From NCBI GenBank assembly GCA_005222975.1, contig NJBI01000021.1, positions 1-51,249 on the forward strand: 51,249 nt of DNA. The letters run 5' to 3'. The number at the start of each line of letters is the position of its first letter. Position 1 is the stretch's first letter. Below the pieces are notes generated by a model. That model was given only the letters and a program-made list of their open reading frames with translations. It made no database searches and had not been told where the DNA came from. This document shows positions 37,675-47,660 of the stretch, piece after piece. The translations under genes were made by a program, and so were the position numbers. This stretch comes from Promethearchaeota archaeon Loki_b31. Lineage in GTDB: Archaea; Asgardarchaeota; Lokiarchaeia; Sigyniarchaeales; SOKP01.

Positions 37675-38859
37675 TTAAGGAAAATTAGGGTTATCATTAT
37701 CAATAAATTCCATATATCTACTTATAAATTGAGATAATTGATTAAAGTTTGGAGATTTTCCAGTTCTTACAAAAATAGCCGTTAGAGCGTTGCCCATGAG
37801 AATTGCTTCAGGAGGGGTAAGACCACAAGATAACCCTAAAACAGTTCCCGAATGAAAATAATCGCCTGCGCCAACGGTAAATTTAGGTTTTGAAGTAAAT
37901 CCTTCAGTTATCCAATAATGATCTTCGACAGTAGAGAGCGTTGCGAAGTGAGGGGAATGAATTACTAAATAGGATAAATTCATTTCTGTATTAAGCCGTT
38001 TTCCACCGTCAATATAGTCAGTTGAATTTTCTTGATAAGGGGCGAAAGTTTTAACATTATCTAAAACTTTAGAAAGGAAATAAGCCTCCAGATCATTTGC
38101 GCTTAGCATAACTGGAACTCGTTGGTCTATTTTTTGAAGAATTTTTACCAAATCTAAAAGATCCTGCCTCGAACGTTTTCTTATATCGGCTATGTCTACG
38201 AAAAATATTTTTTCTTTTAAATTGGATATAGAAGGAAAGATCTCATCCAAGAAATGTTGCCATATATCGTTTAGATTTGGTATTAAAGCCCAATGTCCAA
38301 AACCCATAATATTAGATGCTTCTATTATCTTAACCAACTTACCCAGTTTTACATTATCCATTAGCGTTTTCCAATCAATGTTTAAAATGGGGGAAAAATC
38401 AGTTATCATAACTTTCCCATCGTCAAACTCTAAGCCTAACGTTTGACCGGGATTAGAAATCGGAATTGATTCTACTTCAGGTAGTTGGTAATAAAAACCG
38501 TTAAGTTTAGGATGTCCTAAAGCCGCAATCAAATATATTTTTACTCCAAAAGCATTCAAAGCTTGACAAGTTTTAGGAGCAAAACCGCCAAAGATCCTCT
38601 TTTTTAAGACTCTCTCAATATTTGCCGAACTTCCAGTAACATCAATTAATAATTCTCCAAAAGCCTTCATGCTCTCCATTCTTGTCCATTTTTTTGCACT
38701 CAATCTGCTCTGGACTAAAGAATAGAGAGAATCAACATACCCATCAAAACCTAAAAAACAAGACTTTTTTATTACAGTGGTTTGAACGGTTTCCAATTTT
38801 TTAGTTATTGAATCTAAAGTTTCTAAAGTAACATCGTAGTCGTTTAGCTTTTTATACAT
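37675..38859 (-). CDS. PfkB/ribokinase-family carbohydrate kinase
   Basis: GFDGYVD, LEFDDGKVM, anion-hole motif TVGAGDYFHSG. Confidence 0.85.
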   Translation of the reverse strand: MYKKLNDYDVTLETLDSITKKLETVQTTVIKKSCFLGFDGYVDSLYSLVQSRLSAKKWTRMESMKAFGELLIDVTGSSANIERVLKKRIFGGFAPKTCQALNAFGVKIYLIAALGHPKLNGFYYQLPEVESIPISNPGQTLGLEFDDGKVMITDFSPILNIDWKTLMDNVKLGKLVKIIEASNIMGFGHWALIPNLNDIWQHFLDEIFPSISNLKEKIFFVDIADIRKRSRQDLLDLVKILQKIDQRVPVMLSANDLEAYFLSKVLDNVKTFAPYQENSTDYIDGGKRLNTEMNLSYLVIHSPHFATLSTVEDHYWITEGFTSKPKFTVGAGDYFHSGTVLGLSCGLTPPEAILMGNALTAIFVRTGKSPNFNQLSQFISRYMEFIDNDNPNFP

Positions 38860-38980
38860 AAGTAGAGATATAATTTATTTCTAATAAATCACACTTCCAA
38901 TAATTTTTGAAGAATTATCTTTTATAAAAGAAAATTATGAATCAATAGGAGATGAAGTTATAATTCAGACAGCTATAAAT

Positions 38981-39619
38981 TTATTTTTTAAATACAAACG
39001 CAATCATATGTTCGATTCCGAATTCCTTAGAAGTTTGAATTTTGTGAAGGATTTTGAGATGTTTCATCCCTAACGGAGAAAATATCGTAAGAATCTCTTC
39101 TTCTCTGTAAGCACGTGAATACATTTTTTCATCCATTATTTCAACGATAACTTCTTTGTCCACATCTTCACCTTCAGCCCGGGGTTCATTTAGTGACAAG
39201 TATAATAAACCATTGTTTTTCAGTGATTTAACGATTCGATTTGCTACATCCTTGAATAACTGAGGGCTGAGTAAAAGCATGGAATAGCTTGAGAAAACAC
39301 CATCAAATTTTTTATCATAGTCTAAATCTGTCATTGATAATTCTTTGAAATTAGCTAAAGGACCATTTTTTTGTGCGATTTTGATCATCTGGGACGAAAT
39401 ATCAACCCCTAATACATTAAAACCCTTTTCTATAAATAGTTTAGCAAAAGGTAAGCCAGTTCCAGAACCTAAGTCTAAAATCGAACCGTTTTTAGGGAGT
39501 TCGTTGCAAAAATATTCGACTAATGGATTCAAACTACCATAATTTGCATCGTTGTATTTTTCTGCTACATTATTCCAAGCTTTTTTGTTTAACGAAATAA
39601 TGTTTAATTTTTCATCCAT
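38981..39619 (-). CDS. Class I SAM-dependent methyltransferase
   Basis: ILDLGSGTG, GVDISSQM, FDGVFS, LKNNGLL. Confidence 0.92.
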   Translation of the reverse strand: MDEKLNIISLNKKAWNNVAEKYNDANYGSLNPLVEYFCNELPKNGSILDLGSGTGLPFAKLFIEKGFNVLGVDISSQMIKIAQKNGPLANFKELSMTDLDYDKKFDGVFSSYSMLLLSPQLFKDVANRIVKSLKNNGLLYLSLNEPRAEGEDVDKEVIVEIMDEKMYSRAYREEEILTIFSPLGMKHLKILHKIQTSKEFGIEHMIAFVFKK

Positions 39620-39652
39620 ACATAGAAATTTAATTTCTACAACAAAATAAAA

Positions 39653-40630
39653 TTAAGCTTTCAGTAATTTTTGAAGAATTAATGGCATAGAATAAATATC
39701 CCAATAGTTATGTTCAATAATTTCTTTTACTAATCCCACATATCTCAAAGAATCTTCTAAATACTTTTTGTAGCACAATCCAACTAATCCACTTGGTAAC
39801 TCGTTATCCCTTTTCAGATTTAATAGTTTATCTTCCATGTTTGTTAGCGTGTAATTCTCAAAACTTCCTTTGTATTTCCTTCGGCAATTATGATATAGGT
39901 CTATATGGTGAAATTTTGTGTTAAACCTCTCGTAAGGCTCTTCCTCGTTAGTAATCATCGGATTTTTATCAAAAAAATACAGAAAACGGTTGGCAATGTA
40001 AGGAATGTCAAATGATTTTCCGTTATAGCTAATTAGACATTTAAACTTGGGTAAAATTTCCGTTTTAAAGTGTTCATAAATTGCGATCTCCTCTTCCAAA
40101 TCTCTTGCGAAAAGTATATGGATTTCAAATTTATCGTTTTTAAAATATCCTAAACCAATCATAATTATTGGGCTATCATACAGTCCTAATGTCTCAATAT
40201 CTAGAAAAAGTAATTCCTCCTTATCAAAACAAAAAGCAACATCTAAATCGTAAATATATCTATTTCTACACAGAAGGTCGTATTTTTTATTTTCAATTAG
40301 ATCCAAAATATGATGAGCAGATGTGTTGTATTTTAAATTAGTTCTCAAATCGTACAGAGATTTTACTCCTTTTTTATTTAATTGACGCTCTATAATTTCA
40401 CCAATAAAATAAACCGTCTTTAAGTTACCAAGAAGTTTGTTCCTTGAGAGAGTTAAATTTAAGTCGCATGAAAAAGTCTCTTCTTTCCATGTAATTTCCA
40501 TGAACTGCCCCATGCTATTTCTTACAATGGTGTGATTGCGGAATAGGTCTTCGATTTTCTTGTCCCTAAATTGATCTGCCAAGTGAGTTATATCAAATGT
40601 CTCGAAGTTATAGAAGTAGTCCATTGTCAA
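39653..40630 (-). CDS. YprB-like RNase H-fold exonuclease
   Basis: FLDIETLGL, SYNGKSFDIPY, HIDL, HNYWD. Confidence 0.88.
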   Translation of the reverse strand: MTMDYFYNFETFDITHLADQFRDKKIEDLFRNHTIVRNSMGQFMEITWKEETFSCDLNLTLSRNKLLGNLKTVYFIGEIIERQLNKKGVKSLYDLRTNLKYNTSAHHILDLIENKKYDLLCRNRYIYDLDVAFCFDKEELLFLDIETLGLYDSPIIMIGLGYFKNDKFEIHILFARDLEEEIAIYEHFKTEILPKFKCLISYNGKSFDIPYIANRFLYFFDKNPMITNEEEPYERFNTKFHHIDLYHNCRRKYKGSFENYTLTNMEDKLLNLKRDNELPSGLVGLCYKKYLEDSLRYVGLVKEIIEHNYWDIYSMPLILQKLLKA

Positions 40631-40712
40631 TAATAAATAAGGATCTTTATTTAATAATTCAAACTCTGAGAATTTATAATAAAACTAAATAAATAAGGAA
40701 AAACAAATTTTT

Positions 40713-42047
40713 TTAATAATCAATTTTGGGGATATAATCTTCATTTTCTCTGCGTGGAGGCTTGTATTTAAAGAATCTTCGAGATTCACTATCCTCAAGC
40801 ACATAGTTACTGCCCCCGCCATGGATCATACAATAGGGATCAAAGAGACCGATTTCATTTGCGTATTGTCTAGTGAAACCCCGACCACCCATAGTTCTAA
40901 AGCAATGAATGGCGCTTTCGAACCCTAGTTCCGTTGTACTAATTTTTAAGCCCATTGCATTGGCTGCCATTAATTTAGAACCCGCTAATTCGGGATGTTC
41001 GTCTAATTGCCTTACATATTGTATCATAGCAGAAATTAGTAAATTCAACTCGCGAATTTTTCGAGAGATTGGAAATCGTATAACTTGATATTGATGTAAT
41101 CTATGTTCAAATTGTTTACGCTGGAGGGCGTAGGCATGAGAATAAATCAATTTTTTCATGGTGTCACCTAATGCCTCGGCACTTATAACCAAACGTTCTT
41201 CTGTTAATTGATGAAACATAATATCTAATCCATGTCCTTTAAGTAGATTTTCTTTTGGAATTTCAGTTCTGTCAAATATCAATCGGCTAACAAACGCATC
41301 GGTCATGCCATATGTTCTAACCCGAGTACTTAGAAAGTTTTTTAACTTCTGATTCTCTGTATCGACAATAACAGCGGCTAATTGTCCTTTATTTAATCTT
41401 CCATATAAAATTATGTAATCAGCGATCATACCGTTAGTTATAAACAGTTTTTTACCTTTTGCTATTATTTTATCGTCTCTTTCTAGTAAAGCCAATTCCA
41501 TACTAAAAATATCAGACCCCGCGTTAAATTCAGTCATAGCAGAAGCGCCAATTTGACCATCTTTTGCGACAGGAGTTAAAAACTTTTCTTTTTGAGCTTC
41601 ATTGGAAGCATAATTCACAGGATTGCAATAAAGCGTGCCTCCTGCAAGTCGCCCCATCTCTACGCTATAATTTCCAGCAATATATCTCTCGCTATATTCG
41701 CTCCATCGGCCACCACATAAGGCATAGGCAATTAAAGCGTTCCTAGTAATCCGCCCTACTTCATAATCTTCTACGTTAAGAATTGTGGAATAATATCCTT
41801 TATTGGATAACTTTTTCATTATTCCAATAACTATTTCTTTCTTTTTGTCTTGAGTAGGTTCCTCAACAAGATAGTTTAATTCTTCTAATTTCCTTAGTTC
41901 TGGATCAAGTTCTTTCTCCATAAATTCATAAAGTTCTGCTAAAAATTCTTTTTCTTGAGCGTTAAGCACGGGATTATTCAGTAAATCTAATTCTGGTACA
42001 TATTTTTGAATTTTGATCTTTTCAAACTCTCTGATTCTTGTATCCAT
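40713..42047 (-). CDS. Acyl-CoA dehydrogenase
   Basis: AMTEFNAGSD, GKKLFITNG, ERL, RKQF, MGGRGF. Confidence 0.9.
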   Translation of the reverse strand: MDTRIREFEKIKIQKYVPELDLLNNPVLNAQEKEFLAELYEFMEKELDPELRKLEELNYLVEEPTQDKKKEIVIGIMKKLSNKGYYSTILNVEDYEVGRITRNALIAYALCGGRWSEYSERYIAGNYSVEMGRLAGGTLYCNPVNYASNEAQKEKFLTPVAKDGQIGASAMTEFNAGSDIFSMELALLERDDKIIAKGKKLFITNGMIADYIILYGRLNKGQLAAVIVDTENQKLKNFLSTRVRTYGMTDAFVSRLIFDRTEIPKENLLKGHGLDIMFHQLTEERLVISAEALGDTMKKLIYSHAYALQRKQFEHRLHQYQVIRFPISRKIRELNLLISAMIQYVRQLDEHPELAGSKLMAANAMGLKISTTELGFESAIHCFRTMGGRGFTRQYANEIGLFDPYCMIHGGGSNYVLEDSESRRFFKYKPPRRENEDYIPKIDY

Positions 42048-42221
42048 AATATCTCGATCATTTTTTTAATTTTTAAACTTTATTTTAGTTCTAATTAATT
42101 CTTTTGCGTATAAAATTTAAATTAATCATAATTAGAAATCTTTTAATCATAGTGAAATTAAAATATCATATCAATTAGATATATAAAATCAAATTATAAA
42201 AAAAGAGTTTAATTAAAAGAA

Positions 42222-43655
42222 GTGAATAAAAAAATGATTAAATTTAGTGATAAACAACTGAAAATCCCCAAAATGTCTAAACCTGTGTACTTAGCTACTG
42301 TAGGCATGTCAAAATTCGACCGTGCTTTCCCTGAAACTCGAACGGAGGAATTATGTGTCCAAGCGTTGATAGCAGCAGCTGATTTTGTTAAGATGACACC
42401 TTCTGAATTGAAAAGTTTCATTCATACTGCTTATTACGGTCATTTTGCGGATCACTTTGGAGATCAACTATTAGGAGAGGCAGTTATTCACGATAGGCTT
42501 GGTTTAGATCCATTAGGAACCATCGGTGTCAAAACGGGTGGAGCTACGGGAGGGTCAACTATGTGGGAGGCAATAAAAGCTGTTGCATCTGGGTATAGCG
42601 ATTGTGCTCTTGCCTTAGGTTGGGAGAGAATGGATGAAGTTCCAACTGACGAAGGAAACAACCTGATATCTTGTGCTGCAGACAAAGACTGGGAAACGCC
42701 ATTAGGTCATATTTATACGGGGTATTACGCTGTCATGGCTCAGAGATATTGGCAAATATTTGGTAAGGCAGAGGATTCTTTTAGAAATACTATGGCAGAA
42801 ATTGCTGTTAAAAACCGTGGTTATGCGAGAATGAATCCTTACGCACATGGGCCAATGAAAATCACCATTGAAGATGTAATCAATTCTCCTGTTATTGCTT
42901 ATCCATTACGTGCCTTGGATTGCTGTTTGATGAGCGTAGGGTCTGCTTGTGGCGTTGTTTGCGATGAAAAAACCGCATATGAAATAACTGATAATCCTCT
43001 TCGAATATGGATAGGTGCGGGAAGTCATACATTAAGAGTAGCAGATCGTCGTAATATGGAAATACCACTTTTACCAAACGAAAAACCAGGACAATACGAG
43101 AATCTAAGTAAAAGATTTCCTGGAGCAGATAGGTATCCTGGATTTAGCAGTTTTTTAGCTGCACGTGTGGCGGCTTATTATGCCTATAACATGACTGGGA
43201 TTGTTGATCCAATCGATGACCTTGATGTTGTAGAACTCCATGATGCCTTCACAATTAGCGATATTCAAACTTATGAGGATATAGGCATTACACCTTATGG
43301 AGATGGGCGTAGTTATATTGAGTCTGGTGAAGCATACCATACAAACCCAAACACTAAAAAACCAGGCAAATTACCTAGCAATTTATGTGGTGGATTAATT
43401 GGTTGCATGCATGCTGTTGGCGCAACCGGGCTTATGCAAATTGCGGAAATTGGATATCATATATGGAATCGATGGGACGAAATTCATGAACCCCAAGAAA
43501 AATGGAACGCTTTTGGTAGAGAAAAACCGAAAGATTGGACAAGCCTTCAAGTAAAAGGAGCAAAAAGAGGTTTAGCAATAAGTCATGCTGGTGTGGGCTC
43601 TCATGTATCATGTGCGATTTTAATGCATCCAAATCACTTAATTAAGGAGGAATAA
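42222..43655 (+). CDS. Thiolase-fold (SCPx/Ltp-like) protein lacking the N-terminal catalytic Cys
   Basis: TGGATGG, VKNRGYARMNPYAH, PLRALDCC, ELHDAF, GGLIGCMHAVGATG. Confidence 0.88.
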   Translation: MNKKMIKFSDKQLKIPKMSKPVYLATVGMSKFDRAFPETRTEELCVQALIAAADFVKMTPSELKSFIHTAYYGHFADHFGDQLLGEAVIHDRLGLDPLGTIGVKTGGATGGSTMWEAIKAVASGYSDCALALGWERMDEVPTDEGNNLISCAADKDWETPLGHIYTGYYAVMAQRYWQIFGKAEDSFRNTMAEIAVKNRGYARMNPYAHGPMKITIEDVINSPVIAYPLRALDCCLMSVGSACGVVCDEKTAYEITDNPLRIWIGAGSHTLRVADRRNMEIPLLPNEKPGQYENLSKRFPGADRYPGFSSFLAARVAAYYAYNMTGIVDPIDDLDVVELHDAFTISDIQTYEDIGITPYGDGRSYIESGEAYHTNPNTKKPGKLPSNLCGGLIGCMHAVGATGLMQIAEIGYHIWNRWDEIHEPQEKWNAFGREKPKDWTSLQVKGAKRGLAISHAGVGSHVSCAILMHPNHLIKEE

Positions 43656-43660
43656 AAAAA

Positions 43661-44260
43661 ATGCCTAAAACTGAAGAAGAAAAAGGTTCTGTTTCCATAA
43701 TTAATGGAAGATACAAACCAAAAGGAAAATTTCATATCATTGAGGCAAATCGACCAATATTTAACGAAGACACAGGAAAATTGGCTGGTGTTACAAATCC
43801 TAGAGACATGACTTATATCCACTCTTATGGTGGTGAAGCTATTTTTTTCGAATCTCTTAGTAAGGGGAAATTGATGGCTACAAGATGCGATAATGATAAA
43901 TGTGAATTCAAAGGATCAATCTACATGCCTTTCAGGATTTATTGTCCAGATTGCTTACGAAAAATGACTGCAATTGATTTTACTGAGAAAGCAAAGAATA
44001 GCGCCAAAATATATTCCTTCATTATAACCCATCGATCGGGAGCGTTTAATACGCTCAAATTACCAATCAAATTCATTAACATAGAATTTGATGGTGTAGT
44101 TACAATTTTAATGAGTTATCTATCGGTAGGAGAACCTGAACTAGAAAAACGCGTGGTACCCATTTTTCAAACAAAAAATCCCACTTATACTATAATGGAT
44201 CTTTCATTTGTTCCCGAAGGAACCTCAGAATCGGAATTGCCTGATGGATTTACTTTTTAA
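43661..44260 (+). CDS. DUF35 Zn-ribbon/OB-fold protein
   Basis: ATRCDNDKC...PFRIYCPDC followed by OB fold; directly downstream of the thiolase. Confidence 0.85.
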   Translation: MPKTEEEKGSVSIINGRYKPKGKFHIIEANRPIFNEDTGKLAGVTNPRDMTYIHSYGGEAIFFESLSKGKLMATRCDNDKCEFKGSIYMPFRIYCPDCLRKMTAIDFTEKAKNSAKIYSFIITHRSGAFNTLKLPIKFINIEFDGVVTILMSYLSVGEPELEKRVVPIFQTKNPTYTIMDLSFVPEGTSESELPDGFTF

Positions 44261-44385
44261 GTTTTAAAATTTTCTTATTTTTTTTAATTCCTTTTAAAAT
44301 GTTTAATGAGTATAATCTTCTTTTAATAGATGAAAATTTTAGTTTATTGAAATTAAAAGAAAAAAGTAAAAGAATTTAATATTTT

Positions 44386-45273
44386 TTATTGTTGATAAAG
44401 ATGTAATATTTTTCTCGCTTCTTCAGGCGTAGCAATTTCTCTCCCGGCTATTTTCGTAACTTTAGCTGCCCATTCTACTTGTTCCCACGAGCCTTTAGCT
44501 AATGTCCCATCGACTGTACGGATATTATCTTCTAAACCAACTCTTATGTGTCCTCCCATTGCTGCGGCGCACATTCCTGCTTGAAATTGATTTTTTGCAA
44601 CCCCACACACGCTCCAAGTAGCGTCAGGTGGTTTTAAATTAAGCAAATGAGCTAAATTTTCAAAAGAAAAGGGGACGCCTCCCAAAACTCCAAAAACAAA
44701 TTGGAAATGAAGAGGTTGATCCAGAATCACCTTCGCTTGTTTCCTAAGATGTAGAATGTTATACATGCCTCCAAAGTCATATACTTCGATTTCTGGTTTG
44801 ACTTGATTTTTTTTCATAGTTTTAGCGAATTTTTGAATCGTATCAAATGTATTCGCGAATATAGCTTTAGCACCAAGTCCAACGGCTCCTGTTTTATGGT
44901 CTCCAACAGCAAAGTTCATTGAATTGGAATTTAAGGAAGCAATTGGAGGTTTAAATGTTATAACAGGAGCTATTCTTTGTTTATCAGTTACTATTAAACT
45001 GATAGCAGAACTTAAGTTGATTAGAATATCTGGAGCCTTTTCTTTGATGTTATCTAATACAGCTTTAATTTTTTCTAATTCGTGCGTTGGATTGCCTTTT
45101 TCAGGGTCTCTTGCGTGGATATGCACAATTGCTGCTCCTGCATCGAAACATTTTTTTGCTTCATCCCCAAATTCTTCGGGGGTATATGGAACAGCAGGAT
45201 TTTGCGATTTTATCGTCGCAGCACCAGTGAGAGCGGCTGTTATAACTAGTTTTTTTGATAAATCTTCTGACAT
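44386..45273 (-). CDS. Beta-keto acid cleavage enzyme (DUF849/Kce family)
   Basis: ITAALTGA, NPAVPYTPEE, GAAIVHIHAR, SMNF, KPEIE, GGHIRVGLEDN. Confidence 0.93.
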   Translation of the reverse strand: MSEDLSKKLVITAALTGAATIKSQNPAVPYTPEEFGDEAKKCFDAGAAIVHIHARDPEKGNPTHELEKIKAVLDNIKEKAPDILINLSSAISLIVTDKQRIAPVITFKPPIASLNSNSMNFAVGDHKTGAVGLGAKAIFANTFDTIQKFAKTMKKNQVKPEIEVYDFGGMYNILHLRKQAKVILDQPLHFQFVFGVLGGVPFSFENLAHLLNLKPPDATWSVCGVAKNQFQAGMCAAAMGGHIRVGLEDNIRTVDGTLAKGSWEQVEWAAKVTKIAGREIATPEEARKILHLYQQ

Positions 45274-45372
45274 TTTATATACCTATTTTTTTCTCGTATT
45301 TTATTAAATTTATAAATTTTTTCTTATTTTTTTAATTCTTCGTAAAAATATTAAGATAAAAAAAATTAAATG

Positions 45373-45404
45373 GGTTAGAATTAAACTTGAGTTTAAGTTC
45401 AACC
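45373..45404 (-). terminator. Stem-loop just after the stop of the upstream BKACE gene, followed by a U-rich tract
   Basis: Minus strand GGTTGAACTTAAACT-CA-AGTTTAATTCTAACC then CATTTAATTTTTTTT. Confidence 0.5.
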
Positions 45405-45410
45405 TAATCC

Positions 45411-46310
45411 TTATAGTGAAACATGTTCTTGCTTTAGATGAAATATTTTTCTTGCTTCTTCACCTTGTGCTAGTTCTCTCCCTGCTATTTTTGCAACTTT
45501 AGCTGCCCATTCTACTTGTTCCCACGAGCCTTTAGCTAATTCACCTGAAATGGCACGAGTATTATCCTCTAAACCAACTCGAATATGTCCGCCCCATGCA
45601 GCAGCACACAATCCAGCTTGAAATTGTTGCTTAGAAACGCCACAAACACTCCAAGTAGCATTCGAAGGCTTTAGATCGAGCAGCAAAGCGAGATTTCTTG
45701 GTGTGAATGGAATCCCTCCAAGCACACCCCATACAAACTGGAAATGAAGTGGTTGGGTGAATGTGCCTTCTTGTTTATTTAGGAAAAGCATGCTATACAT
45801 ACCTCCAAGGTCGTAAATTTCCATTTCCGGTTTAGTTCCGGCTTTTTTCATCTCTTTCGCAAATTTCGAAATAGTTTTAAATGTATTTGCGAAGATGTTT
45901 CCTGCTCCCATACCAACTTTTCCTGTTTTGTAATCACCAACTGCGAAATTCATGGACGCAGTATTTAATGAAGCCAAAGGTGGTTTGAAAGTTTGGACCG
46001 GCGCTATTCTTTGTTTATCAGTAGCAACGGAACTAATTGCACTACTTAAGTTAATTATTAACTCGGGTGCTTTTGATTTTATATTATCTAACACTGCTTT
46101 TATTAAATCTAAGTCATGTGTTGGATTACCTTTTTCAGGGTGTCGAGCATGGATATGAACAATCGCAGCACCTGCATCGTAACATTTTTTCGCTTCATCT
46201 CCAAATTCTTCTGCGGTATATGGAACATTTGGATTATTACTCTTGGTCGTAATTGCACCAGCTAATGCTGCTGAAATAACTAACTTATTTTCTGGGTTCG
46301 ATTCTGACAT
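45411..46310 (-). CDS. Beta-keto acid cleavage enzyme (DUF849/Kce family), tandem paralog
   Basis: GAAIVHIHAR, KPEME, GGHIRVGLEDN. Confidence 0.93.
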   Translation of the reverse strand: MSESNPENKLVISAALAGAITTKSNNPNVPYTAEEFGDEAKKCYDAGAAIVHIHARHPEKGNPTHDLDLIKAVLDNIKSKAPELIINLSSAISSVATDKQRIAPVQTFKPPLASLNTASMNFAVGDYKTGKVGMGAGNIFANTFKTISKFAKEMKKAGTKPEMEIYDLGGMYSMLFLNKQEGTFTQPLHFQFVWGVLGGIPFTPRNLALLLDLKPSNATWSVCGVSKQQFQAGLCAAAWGGHIRVGLEDNTRAISGELAKGSWEQVEWAAKVAKIAGRELAQGEEARKIFHLKQEHVSL

Positions 46311-46515
46311 TTTTTATACCTAGTTTTAATAATATGGATTGTAATAAATCTCAAAAATTTGTTGTTGATTAAAAATTAAGTATCTTCCTATTTAAATTTT
46401 AAAAATATTGTAATTCTCAAAAAATTCTATTGAAAATTTTTTATACCTAATTCAATAATAATGATTATAGCTTTTTGAAAATTTTTTAAATAAAATAAAA
46501 AGGAAAAAAACAGAT

Positions 46516-47658
46516 ATGGATAAAGTAGGAATAGTTGGATGCACACAAACTAAATACGAAGCAGATAAAATCGATCAAACTTACTCCGAACTTGTTTTTG
46601 AAGTTGTAAAAAAGCTTCACAACGAATTAGGGATTACTAACGACGATATAGGGTGTGTAATTACTAGTTCCAACGATTTTAACGATGGAAGAACGATCGC
46701 AAACATGGCTATACAAGATGCTGTAGGGTCTGTTAGAAAAGCTGAATCTAGAGTCTCTGGAGATGGTGCTTTCGCCTATATTTACGGAGCAATGAGAATT
46801 TTATCAGAGTCATTCGATACAGTACTGGTAGTTTCACATTGTAAATGCTCTGAAGTTAACCAATATTTAGTAAACAATACTATTTTTGATCCTTATTATC
46901 AAAGACATTTAGGTTTAGATCAAATTTCATCAGCAGGTTTAATGGCTAACATGTATATGAATAAATATGGTGTAACTGAAGACCAAGCAGCTAAAGTTGT
47001 AGTTAAAAATCGAAAAAACGCTCTCAATAATCCTTATGCGCATTTACAGAAAGAAATTACAATTGGCGATGTTCTTAATTCAAAGATAATGGCACATCCT
47101 TTAAAAGAATTAGATTTCCCTCCTTTCTCAGATGGTGCAGTGGCTATGCTATTAGCAAAAGAAGATATAGCTAAAAAGATGACAGATACGCCCGTTTGGC
47201 TTAAGGGTTATGGAAGTTGTACTGACGCTTATTATTTAGGACATAGGAACATGACGGATTTGGTAGGTTTAGAATTAGCCGCTAAACAAGCTTATAAAAT
47301 GGCGAGTATTACTGATCCTATTAAAGAAATAGATGTTTGTGAAGTAAGCGAAAACTTCAGTACTCACGAATTGATGATTTACGAAGCACTAGGGTTATGC
47401 GCTCCTGGAGAAGGTGGTAAATTTATAGAGGGAGGGGAAACAGAGATGAATGGTTCTATTCCAGTAAATCCCTCTGGAGGAGTGTTATCAAGTAATCCCA
47501 TAATGGCAAATGGTTTAATTAGAGTAGCTGAAATTGCGTTACAATTAAAGGGTAAGGCAGATAAAAGACAAGTTCCTAACGCAAAAACTGGTTTAGCTTA
47601 TGGCATGAACGGGATATGTTCTCAGGGAAACTGTGTATTAATATTTGGAGGTGAATGA
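46516..47658 (+). CDS. Thiolase-fold protein, Ltp4-like
   Basis: ELGITNDDIG...DFNDGR...ESRVSGDGA resembles actinobacterial Ltp4 (from memory); VKNRKNA, DGAVA, VNPSGG. Confidence 0.85.
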   Translation: MDKVGIVGCTQTKYEADKIDQTYSELVFEVVKKLHNELGITNDDIGCVITSSNDFNDGRTIANMAIQDAVGSVRKAESRVSGDGAFAYIYGAMRILSESFDTVLVVSHCKCSEVNQYLVNNTIFDPYYQRHLGLDQISSAGLMANMYMNKYGVTEDQAAKVVVKNRKNALNNPYAHLQKEITIGDVLNSKIMAHPLKELDFPPFSDGAVAMLLAKEDIAKKMTDTPVWLKGYGSCTDAYYLGHRNMTDLVGLELAAKQAYKMASITDPIKEIDVCEVSENFSTHELMIYEALGLCAPGEGGKFIEGGETEMNGSIPVNPSGGVLSSNPIMANGLIRVAEIALQLKGKADKRQVPNAKTGLAYGMNGICSQGNCVLIFGGE

Positions 47659-47660
47659 AA

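Noticed and set aside
45373-45404. Hairpin as intron, MITE or CRISPR repeat
   Set aside because: Single copy, intergenic, directly after a stop and followed by a U-tract; best read as a terminator or stability element.
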